The notes beneath the pieces were generated by a model, which was not told the origin of the DNA, searched no databases, and was given only the letters and a program-made list of their open reading frames with translations. Positions 18,401-26,295 of a stretch of 33,422 bases of DNA are shown here, in pieces. A program made the position numbers and the translations under genes. This DNA comes from Dongiaceae bacterium (GTDB lineage: Bacteria; Acidobacteriota; Polarisedimenticolia; Gp22-AA2). Numbering within the stretch: position 1 is the first letter of the stretch; each line of letters opens with the position of its first letter. Location: positions 1-33,422 of the forward strand of contig DATKFL010000278.1 of the NCBI GenBank assembly GCA_035511355.1. Direction: 5' to 3'.

Positions 18401-19183
18401 TCAGGGAGCGGCGACGACCCGGTTGACGAGGCGCCCGACGCCGGCGACCACGACGGTCACCTGATCCCCCGGCCGGAGCGGCGCCACCCCTTCCGGCGTG
18501 CCGGTGGCGATGAGATCTCCCGGCTCGAGCGTCATCACCCGGGAGATGTAGGAGAGCAGCGTCGCGATCCCGAAAATCATCCCGGAGGCGGGCGCCGACT
18601 GCCGGCGCGCGCCGTTCACCCAGGTCTCGACCGTGAGGTCGGCGGGAGCCAGGCCCAGCGCGACGCACGGGCCGACCGGGCAGAAGGTGTCGAACCCCTT
18701 CGCGCGGGTGAACTGCACGTCTTTCTTCTGCAGATCGCGCGCGGTGACGTCGTTGACGCAGGTGTAGCCGAGCACCCCCGCGAGCGCCTCCGCCTCGCCG
18801 GCGTCCTTGAGCCGCCGCCCGATGACCACGCCGATCTCCCCCTCGTGGTCGACCCGGGCGCTGGCGGCCGGCAGGACGATGGCCGCGTCGTGGGCGATCA
18901 GCGCCGACGGTGGCTTGAAAAAGAGGAGCGGCTCCGCCGGCACCTCGTTCCCCAGCTCGGCCGCGTGCGCGCGGTAGTTGCGGCCGACGCCGACGATCTT
19001 CGTGGGGATGCAGGGAGGAAGCCAGGTGAGCCCGTCGGTCGTGCGTGGCGGCCCGACGGGATCGAGTCGGGTGCAGGGGTCCCCCGAGGCCGGGCGGACG
19101 CGCCCATCGTCGTCGAGGAAGACCCAGAAGGGGCGCGCCCCGTCGCTCAGGCGCGCAATGCGGGAGACCGAAGACGGTGACAC
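18401..19183 (-). CDS. Fumarylacetoacetate hydrolase (FAH)-family protein
   Basis: KIVGVGRNYRAHAAE, FFKPPSA, HEGEIGVVIG, NDVTARD and GDLIATGTPEGV. The start is a GTG without an obvious SD, so the 5' end is uncertain. Confidence 0.8.
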   Translation of the reverse strand: MSPSSVSRIARLSDGARPFWVFLDDDGRVRPASGDPCTRLDPVGPPRTTDGLTWLPPCIPTKIVGVGRNYRAHAAELGNEVPAEPLLFFKPPSALIAHDAAIVLPAASARVDHEGEIGVVIGRRLKDAGEAEALAGVLGYTCVNDVTARDLQKKDVQFTRAKGFDTFCPVGPCVALGLAPADLTVETWVNGARRQSAPASGMIFGIATLLSYISRVMTLEPGDLIATGTPEGVAPLRPGDQVTVVVAGVGRLVNRVVAAP

Positions 19184-19205
19184 GGGCGGGGGTGCGCCGG
19201 GCGGG

Positions 19206-19766
19206 CTACTTCGCCCGCTCGAGGTACTTCCCTTCGGCGGTGTCGATCTTGACCACCTCGCCGATCTCGATGAACTGCGGCACGCTCACCTGAAGCCCGG
19301 TCTCGAGCGTCGCCGGCTTGCCGCTGTTGGAGGCGGTCGCCCCCTTCATCCCCGGCGGCGTGTCGACCACCTTGAGGTCGACGGTGGTCGGCAGCTCGAC
19401 CCCCACCGGCCGGTGCTCGTAGAACTCCACCATCACCTTGGTGTTCGGGATGATGTACCAGGCGGCGTTGCCGAGATCCTCGCGCTGAATCGCCACCTGG
19501 TCGTAGGTGTCGGTGTTCATGAAATGGAACTCGTCCCCCGAGGCGTACAGGAATTCCATCTCGTGCTCCTCGAGGTCGGCCTTCTCGACCCGATCCTCGG
19601 AGCGGAACCGGTACTCGAAGGAGTTGCCGGTCCTGATGTTCCTGAGCTTCGTCTGCACCATCCCGCGCCAGTTGCCGGGTGTCAGGTGATGCACCGAGAG
19701 CACGCGGCAGAGGTTTCCCTCGTGCAGGATCGCCATGCCGGAGCGCAGTTGTGTCGCCTGGATCAT
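19206..19766 (-). CDS. efp: Elongation factor P family protein with a non-canonical beta3-beta4 loop
   Basis: Full-length three-domain EF-P (..FRSEDRVE.., VELPTTVDLKVVDTPPGMKGATASNSGKPATLETGLQVSVPQFIEIGEVVKIDT..GKYLERAK). GGAGG SD upstream. The loop reads LTPGNWRGMV instead of VKPGKGQAFA. Confidence 0.9.
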   Translation of the reverse strand: MIQATQLRSGMAILHEGNLCRVLSVHHLTPGNWRGMVQTKLRNIRTGNSFEYRFRSEDRVEKADLEEHEMEFLYASGDEFHFMNTDTYDQVAIQREDLGNAAWYIIPNTKVMVEFYEHRPVGVELPTTVDLKVVDTPPGMKGATASNSGKPATLETGLQVSVPQFIEIGEVVKIDTAEGKYLERAK

Positions 19767-19813
19767 GTCGGTCGGAACCTCCGGAAGCCGCGGTCCTAAT
19801 GGATGAGGCGCGG

Positions 19814-19843
19814 ATTATAGCGTTCGCGCGCGCGCCGCCGCAA
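19814..19843 (-). promoter_or_regulatory. Candidate sigma-70 promoter of efp
   Basis: Minus strand reads TTGCGG (19843..19838), 18 nt, perfect TATAAT (19819..19814), about 48 nt upstream of ATG 19766. Confidence 0.35.
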
Positions 19844-19878
19844 GCCGCGCGGCGCATTCCCCGGGCGGCGCGCCGCGA

Positions 19879-19907
19879 TTGACACCCCGGCGGGGGGCAC
19901 ATAGTCT
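19879..19907 (+). promoter_or_regulatory. Candidate sigma-70 promoter of nadE, placed to give a leaderless mRNA
   Basis: Perfect TTGACA (19879..19884), 17 nt, TAGTCT (19902..19907), then exactly 7 nt to ATG 19915. No SD is possible in that space. Confidence 0.5.
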
Positions 19908-19914
19908 TCGGCGC

Positions 19915-20769
19915 ATGCACAAGGCCGACACCAACGGGCGCGCGATCCCGCCCGAGCTGGCCCTCGACGCCGCCGACACGGCGGCGCACCTGGTCGACTT
20001 CCTGCGGCGCGAGACGCGGCGCTCCGGCTTCACGCACCTCATCCTCGGGCTGTCGGGCGGCATCGATTCGGCGGTCAGCGCGGCGCTCGCCGCCCGCGCG
20101 GTCGGGCCGCGGCGGGTGCTGGCGGTCCTGCTTCCCTACCGCACCTCGAGCCCCGCGAGTCTCACGGACGCGCGCCGGGTGGCGCGACGGCTCGGAATCG
20201 GGACCGAGAAGGTCGACATCACCCCGATGGTCGACGCCTATTTCCGGCGCGAGCGCGGCGCCACCCGGCGCCGGCGCGGCAACCGGATGGCGCGCGAGCG
20301 GATGGCAGTCCTCTACGACCTGTCGGATCGCGATCGCCGGCTGGTCGTCGGGACCAGCAACAAGACCGAACTGCTCCTCGGGTACGGCACGATCTTCGGC
20401 GACCTGGCCTCGGCGCTCAATCCGCTCGGCGACCTCTACAAGACGCAGGTCCGCCAGCTGGCCGGTCATCTCGGGATCCCCGACGACCTCGTCTGGAAGG
20501 TGCCGACCGCCGATCTCTGGGCCGGGCAGTCGGACGAAGGGGAGCTGGGCTACTCCTACGTCGACATCGACCGGCTGCTCGTCCGCCTGGTCGAGTTGCG
20601 CGAGAGCCCGGAAGAGATCGTCGCCGGCGGCTTTTCCCGCCGGATGGTCGCCTCGATCGCGCGGCGGGTGGCGGGCTCGCAGTTCAAGCGCCGCCCGCCG
20701 GTCCTCGCCAAGCTGACCCGGCGCGCGGTGAACATCGACTTCCGCTACCCGCGCGACTGGGGCTCCTGA
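19915..20769 (+). CDS. nadE: NAD+ synthetase, single-domain (NH3-dependent type, no fused glutaminase domain)
   Basis: PP-loop GLSGGIDSAV, GTSNKTELLLGYGT.FGD and LGDLYKTQV. The track start at 19879 is the TTG of the -35 hexamer; ATG 19915 is preferred. Confidence 0.85.
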   Translation: MHKADTNGRAIPPELALDAADTAAHLVDFLRRETRRSGFTHLILGLSGGIDSAVSAALAARAVGPRRVLAVLLPYRTSSPASLTDARRVARRLGIGTEKVDITPMVDAYFRRERGATRRRRGNRMARERMAVLYDLSDRDRRLVVGTSNKTELLLGYGTIFGDLASALNPLGDLYKTQVRQLAGHLGIPDDLVWKVPTADLWAGQSDEGELGYSYVDIDRLLVRLVELRESPEEIVAGGFSRRMVASIARRVAGSQFKRRPPVLAKLTRRAVNIDFRYPRDWGS

Positions 20770-20779
20770 AGCCCGCGCC

Positions 20780-21763
20780 ATGCGCCGCCGCCACCGCCAC
20801 GACCGTGCCCGCGCGCCGCTCGTGTCGCGATCCCCGGGCCCCCCCGGCGCCGCGCCGCCGGCCGCGGCACCGGCGCCGATCGCGGTGCGCGGCGTCCTGC
20901 GCGTCGTGGCGACCCCGATCGGCAACCTCGAGGACCTCGCGCCGCGCGCGGTGCGCGCGCTGCGCGAGAGCCGGATCGTCGCCTGCGAGGACACCCGCGT
21001 CACCCGCACCTTGCTCGATCGTCACGGCCTCAAGACGCCGCTCCTCGCCTGCCACAAATTCAACGAGGCGGGGGTCGCCGCGCGCCTCATGAAGATCCTC
21101 GCGGAAGGGGGCGACGTCGCGCTGGTGAGCGACGGCGGCACGCCGGGGCTCTCCGACCCCGGTGCGATCGTGGTGCGGGCGGCGCGCGACGCCGGCTACG
21201 CGGTCAGCCCGATCCCCGGCCCGTCGGCGGCCACCGCGATCTGGTCGGTGTCGGGCCTGAGCGGGCCGTTCACCGTGGTCGGCTTCCTGCCGCACCGCCA
21301 GGGGGAGCGGCGCCGGGCGCTCGAGAGCTGGCGCGCGGCGCCGCAGCCGATCGTCATCTACGAGTCGCCGCACCGCATCCTCGAGACGCTCGCCGACGCG
21401 GCGGAGGTGCTCGGCGATCGGCCGGTCTGTCTCGGGCGCGAGCTCACCAAGCTGCACGAGGAGATCCTGCACGGGCGGCTCCGGGAGATCCGGGCGCGCC
21501 TCGCGGACCGGACGCCGAGGGGCGAGTACGCGCTGGTCATCGGGCCTGACGAGACTCCCGCCCGGGCCCCGGCCGACGCGATGGCCGCGGCGGTCGCCGC
21601 GGCGCGCGACCTGATCGACGCGGGGACGCCGCTCTCCGAGGCGGCGCGCCGCGCGGCGCGCGCCCAGGGGGTGTCGCGGGGCCATCTCTACCGGCGGCTT
21701 CTCGAGGGCCCGTCCGCGGGCGCACCAGGCGCCGGGGCCCGGGCCGACGACGGCGAGGAATGA
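20780..21763 (+). CDS. rsmI: 16S rRNA (cytidine1402-2'-O)-methyltransferase RsmI
   Basis: LRVVATPIGNLEDL, ACEDTR, SDGGTPGLSDPG, IPGPSA, YESPHR and GRELTKLHEE. The first roughly 35 residues are Arg/Pro/Ala-rich, so the true start may be an internal GTG. Confidence 0.85.
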   Translation: MRRRHRHDRARAPLVSRSPGPPGAAPPAAAPAPIAVRGVLRVVATPIGNLEDLAPRAVRALRESRIVACEDTRVTRTLLDRHGLKTPLLACHKFNEAGVAARLMKILAEGGDVALVSDGGTPGLSDPGAIVVRAARDAGYAVSPIPGPSAATAIWSVSGLSGPFTVVGFLPHRQGERRRALESWRAAPQPIVIYESPHRILETLADAAEVLGDRPVCLGRELTKLHEEILHGRLREIRARLADRTPRGEYALVIGPDETPARAPADAMAAAVAAARDLIDAGTPLSEAARRAARAQGVSRGHLYRRLLEGPSAGAPGAGARADDGEE

Positions 21764-21767
21764 TCGG

Positions 21768-22592
21768 TCAGGCGGTCGGGCCGGCGTCCGCCGCCGGCTC
21801 GGCGGGGCCCGGCGGCAACGACTCGTCCTCGGGGGACAAGGGCGCCTCGCCGCCCGGAGCGTCGTACTCGTAGCGCAGGCAGCACTTCAGCCGCCCGCAC
21901 ATCCCGGAGAGCTTCGATGGATTGAGGCTCAGCTTCTGCGCCTTCGCCATCTTAATCGAGATCGGCGCGAACCCCTTGAGGAAGGAGGAGCAGCAGAGCG
22001 ACCGGCCGCACGGGCCGTACCCGCCGCCCGCCGCCGCCTCGTCGCGCACCCCGATCTGGCGCATCTCGATCCGGGTGCGAAACTTCTGCGCCAGCTCGCG
22101 CACCAGATCCCGGAAATCGATCCGTCCCTCGGCGGTGAACAGAAAGGTCAGCTTGTGGCTCTCGGCCGCCTGCTCGACCCGCACCAGCCGCATCGGCATG
22201 GCGCGCTCGCGGATGCGGTTGCGGCACCATTCGTAGGCCTCGGTCTCGGCGCTGCGCGTCCCGGTCCAGGCGCGGAGGTCGTCGTCGGTGGCGTTCCGCA
22301 GGACCGGGCGCATGCAGGAGAGGCCGCAGCCGCGGCGCGAACGGGTCGTCGCCTGCGCCACCTCGGCGACCTCCAGGCCACGCTCCCCCTTCACCATCAC
22401 CAGGTCGCCGATTTCGAAGTCGACGTCGCGCGCCGCGAACTGCTGCACCCGCGCCTGCCCCTGCAGGCGGATGCCGACGACCGAGACATCGTTGCCGGCG
22501 GCGCGGTCGCCCGGCGCCGGCAGCGCGCAGCCGCCCTCGGTCGGCGCCGCAGTTCCGCCGTTCTCCGGCTCGTGGTGTTCGGGCGTGTCCAT
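21768..22592 (-). CDS. PSP1-domain protein (RicT/YaaT family)
   Basis: PSP1 C-terminal signature IEMRQIGVRDEA....GPCGR.LCCSSFL..F.PISIKMAKAQ.LSLNPSK.SG.CGRLKCCLRYE. Confidence 0.85.
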   Translation of the reverse strand: MDTPEHHEPENGGTAAPTEGGCALPAPGDRAAGNDVSVVGIRLQGQARVQQFAARDVDFEIGDLVMVKGERGLEVAEVAQATTRSRRGCGLSCMRPVLRNATDDDLRAWTGTRSAETEAYEWCRNRIRERAMPMRLVRVEQAAESHKLTFLFTAEGRIDFRDLVRELAQKFRTRIEMRQIGVRDEAAAGGGYGPCGRSLCCSSFLKGFAPISIKMAKAQKLSLNPSKLSGMCGRLKCCLRYEYDAPGGEAPLSPEDESLPPGPAEPAADAGPTA

Positions 22593-22696
22593 CGTCTCGA
22601 TTGCTCCGGGGCGACTCCGCGTGCCGCGCCGCGCCGGACCCTCCAGGCCGCTATGCTATGGTGCCGGTCCGGACGCCGTCAAGAAACGACCACCCG

Positions 22697-23197
22697 ATGA
22701 AGAGCGACAAGGACGATCCCGAAGGCAAGGTGCTGGCGTCGAACCGCCGGGCGCTGCACGAATTCCACGTCGATGAGCGGCACGAGGCGGGGGTGGTCCT
22801 CCTCGGGACCGAGGTCAAGTCGCTCAGGACCGGAAGGGCGAGCCTGCAGGACGCGTTCGCGCGCGTCGATCGCGGCGAGGTGTTCCTCCTCAACTGCCAC
22901 ATCCCGCCCTACTCGCACGGCGGCTACGCCAACCACGACCCGACGCGCACCCGCAAGCTCCTGCTGCATCGCGCCGAGATCACCCGCCTGGCGGAGCGCA
23001 CCCGATCCGGCGGCGTGACGATCATCCCGCTGCGCCTCTACCTCCAGAACGGCCGGGTCAAGGTCACCCTGGCGCTGGCGCGGGCCAAGAAGCTCTGGGA
23101 CAAGCGGGAGGACGCGAAGCGGCGCGATCTCGATCGCGAGGCGCGGGCGGCGGCGGGCGGCCGGCGCGCGGTGAGCCGCGGCGGCGGCGAAGACTAG
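22697..23197 (+). CDS. smpB: SsrA-binding protein SmpB
   Basis: [34 protein letters not shown] and [17 protein letters not shown] 22697 gives an N-terminus that aligns colinearly with E. coli SmpB. The TAG stop shares a CTAG with the convergent thiG stop. Confidence 0.9.
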   Translation: MKSDKDDPEGKVLASNRRALHEFHVDERHEAGVVLLGTEVKSLRTGRASLQDAFARVDRGEVFLLNCHIPPYSHGGYANHDPTRTRKLLLHRAEITRLAERTRSGGVTIIPLRLYLQNGRVKVTLALARAKKLWDKREDAKRRDLDREARAAAGGRRAVSRGGGED

Positions 23198-23973
23198 GTC
23201 GGCATCCCCTCGATCGGGCTGGAGGCGGTGGCATACAGCTTCTTCGGGATGCGCCCCGCCTCGAAGGCGAGCCGGCCCGCCTCGACCGCCAGGCGCATGG
23301 CGCGCGCCATGCGCACCGGATCCCTCGCCCCGGCGATGCCGGTGTTCATGAGAACGCCGTCGGCTCCCAGCTCCATCACCATCGCGGCGTCCGACGCGGT
23401 GCCGACCCCGGCGTCGACGATGATCGGCAGATCCCGGATCGCCTCGATCAGGAGGCGCAGGTTGACCGGATTCTGGATGCCGAGACCCGATCCGATCGGC
23501 GCGGCCAGCGGCATCACCGCGGCGGCGCCGGCGTCGCGCAGCCGCTTCGCCACCACCAGGTCGTCGTTGGTGTACGGCAGGACGGTGAACCCCTCCTTGA
23601 CCAGGGTGCGGGTCGCCGCGAGGAGCCCTTCGTTGTCGGGGAAGAGGGTCTTCTGGTCGCCGATCACCTCGAGCTTGATGAACTCCGACAGCCCCGCCTC
23701 GCGGGCGAGGCGCGCGGCGCGCACCGCCTCGTCGGCGGTGTAGCAGCCCGCGGTGTTCGGCAGGATCGGCAGGCGCTGCGCCTCGATCAGATCGAGGACC
23801 GAGCCCTCCTCCTTGCGGGAGAGATCGACACGCCGCACCGCGACGGTGACCATCGCCGGCGCCGCCGCCTCGAAGGCGAGGCGGGTCGTCTCGAGGCTCG
23901 GATACTTGCCCGTGCCGATCAGGAGGCGCGAGCCGAACGTCTTTCCGGCGATGGTGAGCGCGGGCCTCTGCAT
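23194..23973 (-). CDS. thiG: Thiazole synthase ThiG
   Basis: [46 protein letters not shown] and [20 protein letters not shown] upstream. Confidence 0.95.
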   Translation of the reverse strand: MQRPALTIAGKTFGSRLLIGTGKYPSLETTRLAFEAAAPAMVTVAVRRVDLSRKEEGSVLDLIEAQRLPILPNTAGCYTADEAVRAARLAREAGLSEFIKLEVIGDQKTLFPDNEGLLAATRTLVKEGFTVLPYTNDDLVVAKRLRDAGAAAVMPLAAPIGSGLGIQNPVNLRLLIEAIRDLPIIVDAGVGTASDAAMVMELGADGVLMNTGIAGARDPVRMARAMRLAVEAGRLAFEAGRIPKKLYATASSPIEGMPT

Positions 23974-23981
23974 CGGTTCTC

Positions 23982-24182
23982 CTATCCGCCGCCGACGAAG
24001 CGGACCACCTCGACGACGTCCCCGTCCCGGAGGACGGCGGCGGCGTGCGCGGCTTTCGGCACCACGTCGCCGTTGCGCTCGACCGCGAGGCGGGTCGTCG
24101 CCAGCTCGAGATCCCTGAGGAGGCGCTCCACCGTGGTGCCGGGTTCGACGTCATGCGGCGCGCCGTTCAGGCGGATGTGCAT
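23982..24182 (-). CDS. thiS: Sulfur-carrier protein ThiS
   Basis: 66 aa with a ubiquitin-like fold pattern (I.LNG......G.TV..LL ... NG..VP........L.DGD.VE.V) ending in GG. Lies 8 nt upstream of thiG. Confidence 0.85.
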   Translation of the reverse strand: MHIRLNGAPHDVEPGTTVERLLRDLELATTRLAVERNGDVVPKAAHAAAVLRDGDVVEVVRFVGGG

Positions 24183-24190
24183 CGCCGCCC

Positions 24191-24865
24191 TCAGGCGCCG
24201 GTCGCGGCGCGTGGCGCCTCGCCCACCGGCTGGCGGGTCTCGGCGGTGTCCTTGCCGCTGACGGCCTGCACCACGAGCGCCGCGGCGCCGCCCGATGCGG
24301 CCGGCAGCGCCACGTCCAGGAGCGCCCTTCCGGAGGGGTCGGTCTCCCCGGTCGAGAGGTTCTTCGGCTTGCCGGCCCGGGTCAGGAGGCGCACCCGCAC
24401 CTCCGCGCCGGCGACGCCGTCGCCGCTGTGCGCGCGGGTCACCAGCACTTCGACCTGCGCCGTGGCGCCGGCTTCGATGGCGCGCGGGCCGAGGATCGAC
24501 ACGACGAGCGGGTCGGGCCCCATTTCCGAGCGCAGGAAGTCGAGCACCACTTCGTCGAACGAGCGGCTGCTGATGATCCCCTCGCCGAACGGCCGCGGCT
24601 TCTGCTTGACCTCGAAGCGGCCGGCGCGCACGTCCTCGATGACGCCGTTGTGCTGCGCCTCGATCCGTTTGGCGATTTCGGCCTCGGGGAAGCCGGCGGC
24701 CTTCAGGTCGTCGTAACGCGATTGCCGCGCCGCCAGGATCTCGCCGCGCATGTAGACCAGGGTCTCGATGATCGGGTTCGAGGAGCCCTTGTCCTCGGTC
24801 TGCACGTGATAGACGCGCCCCGCGTGCTCGACGTCGGTGTTGTAGCCGGTGACCATCGCCGGCAT
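24191..24865 (-). CDS. Hypothetical protein: N-terminal [10 protein letters not shown]-containing domain plus a C-terminal beta-sandwich-like region
   Basis: In operon position, 8 nt upstream of thiS, with good G/C third-position bias. No family recognised. The C-terminal part ([10 protein letters not shown]...[17 protein letters not shown]) looks like a carboxypeptidase-regulatory/Ig-like beta-sandwich. The start is either ATG 24865 or ATG 24856. Confidence 0.6.
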   Translation of the reverse strand: MPAMVTGYNTDVEHAGRVYHVQTEDKGSSNPIIETLVYMRGEILAARQSRYDDLKAAGFPEAEIAKRIEAQHNGVIEDVRAGRFEVKQKPRPFGEGIISSRSFDEVVLDFLRSEMGPDPLVVSILGPRAIEAGATAQVEVLVTRAHSGDGVAGAEVRVRLLTRAGKPKNLSTGETDPSGRALLDVALPAASGGAAALVVQAVSGKDTAETRQPVGEAPRAATGA

Positions 24866-24894
24866 GTTACAGGCCGGCCCCCCCGGCCCGTCAA
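24864..24894 (-). promoter_or_regulatory. Candidate sigma-70 promoter for the unknown-thiS-thiG operon, abutting the start codons
   Basis: Minus strand reads TTGACG (24894..24889), then either 17 nt to TGTAAC (24871..24866) or 19 nt to TAACAT (24869..24864). TAACAT is followed by exactly 7 nt and then ATG 24856. Confidence 0.35.
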
Positions 24895-24928
24895 GGATTC
24901 CCCCCCGGGGCCCGGGATCGACGACCGA

Positions 24929-24959
24929 TTGACGCCGCCCGCCCCACCTTGGGTAGAAT
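24929..24959 (+). promoter_or_regulatory. Candidate sigma-70 promoter for the DUF2911 gene
   Basis: TTGACG (24929..24934), 19 nt (long), TAGAAT (24954..24959). It would give a leader of about 100 nt before ATG 25068 (SD GGAGGA). Confidence 0.3.
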
Positions 24960-25067
24960 GCGTCCCAGATCGACGACAACGGTGCCGGCCGGGGCCACCG
25001 CCCGGCGCGTGGAGACCCGGAAGGTCCGGCGGGCTCTCCGTCCACAGCCAACCCTGACGGAGGATTC

Positions 25068-26216
25068 ATGTCGCGCGTTTCCCAGACCGTTCTGTTCACC
25101 GCTCTGTTCCTGCTGCTCGTCGCCGCCCCCGTGGCCGCGCAGGGGGTCTCCCTGCCGCCCAGCGGCGACAATCAGAAGTGCTCGATCACCCAGCACCTGG
25201 GCCTGGCGACCGTGACGGTCGACTATTCGAGCCCCGACGTGCACGCGCCCGACGGCAGCGACCGGCGCGGCAAGATCTGGGGCGGTCTCGTGCCCTACGG
25301 ATGGAAGGAGGAGAACTTCGGGACCTGCGGGAAGAAGTGCCCGTGGCGCGGCGGCGCCAACGAGAACACCGTCGTGCGCTTTTCGCACGACGTGAAGGTC
25401 GAGGGGAAGCCGCTCGCCGCCGGCGCCTACGGCCTGCATTTCGTCCCGGGCGAGACCGAGTGGATCGTCATCTTCTCGAAGAACTCGACCTCGTGGGGGT
25501 CGTACACCTACGACGAGCGCGAGGACGCGCTGCGGGTGACGGTCAAGCCGGAGAAGGCGCCCTACCGCGAGTGGCTGGCCTACGACTTCGTCGACCGCCA
25601 TCCCGACCACACCGTCCTCGCCCTGGTCTGGGAGGAGATGCGGGTCCCGGTCGCGATCGACCTGCCGAACGCTTCGGAGCTGTACGCCGAGACGCTGCGC
25701 GAGGAGCTGCGCTCCGCCCCCGGGTTCGACTGGCACGGCTGGCAGCAGGCGGCCGACTACCTGGTGCAGCAGAAGATCCATCTCGACGAGGCGGAGCAGT
25801 GGGCCCGGACCGCGATCACCCTGCCGGGCATCGGCGAGGAGAACTTCAACACCGTGAGCAGTCTCGCCGCGGCGCAGAAGGCGCTCGGGAAGGAGACCGA
25901 GTCGAAGGCGACGATGGAGAAGGCGCTCGCCCTCCCCAATACGACCCCGTTCGACATCTACTCGTACGCGCGGCCGATGATCCGCGACGGCAATCCCCAG
26001 GAGGCGCTGCGCATCTTCCAGGCCGCCTCCAAGCGGCTCTCCGGGAAGTGGCCGATCGATCTCGGGATCGCGCGCGCCTACTCGGCGATGGGCGACTACA
26101 AGACGGCGCTCAAGTACGCGAAGACCTCGCTCGCGGTCGTCCCCGACGATGTGAACCGGGGCAACGTGACCCGGATGATCGGCCTCCTGGAGAACGGCCA
26201 GGACATGAACAAGTAG
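25068..26216 (+). CDS. Secreted DUF2911-family protein with a C-terminal TPR-like helical region
   Basis: Signal peptide (LFTALFLLLVAAPVAAQG). DUF2911-like core (VTVDYSSP..RGKIWGGLVPYG..PWRGGANENT..GKPLAAGAYGLHFVP). C-terminal helical repeats. Confidence 0.75.
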   Translation: MSRVSQTVLFTALFLLLVAAPVAAQGVSLPPSGDNQKCSITQHLGLATVTVDYSSPDVHAPDGSDRRGKIWGGLVPYGWKEENFGTCGKKCPWRGGANENTVVRFSHDVKVEGKPLAAGAYGLHFVPGETEWIVIFSKNSTSWGSYTYDEREDALRVTVKPEKAPYREWLAYDFVDRHPDHTVLALVWEEMRVPVAIDLPNASELYAETLREELRSAPGFDWHGWQQAADYLVQQKIHLDEAEQWARTAITLPGIGEENFNTVSSLAAAQKALGKETESKATMEKALALPNTTPFDIYSYARPMIRDGNPQEALRIFQAASKRLSGKWPIDLGIARAYSAMGDYKTALKYAKTSLAVVPDDVNRGNVTRMIGLLENGQDMNK

Positions 26217-26227
26217 GCGGCCCCGGG

Positions 26228-26267
26228 CTCCCGCGGGGCGTGTGCTAGGCTGACCGCCCCGCGGGAG
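26228..26267 (+). terminator. Perfect 13-bp GC-rich hairpin downstream of the DUF2911 gene (no U-tract)
   Basis: CTCCCGCGGGGCG (26228..26240) pairs with CGCCCCGCGGGAG (26255..26267) around a 14-nt loop, starting 12 nt after the stop codon. It is followed by GC-rich sequence, so this is not a canonical intrinsic terminator. Confidence 0.35.
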
Positions 26268-26295
26268 TGGCCGCGGCCGGTGTCGGGAGGTCGTC

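Noticed and set aside
22593-23300. tmRNA (ssrA) gene next to smpB
   Set aside because: smpB is flanked by the divergent PSP1 gene and the convergent, overlapping thiG. There is no non-coding space, no tRNA-like acceptor/T-arm sequence and no tag reading frame.
24866-25067. Expected TPP (THI-box) riboswitch upstream of the thiS-thiG operon
   Set aside because: Reading the minus strand, I found neither CUGAGA nor the ACCUGAUCUGG..CCAGCG core. Only a covariance-model scan can exclude a divergent element.
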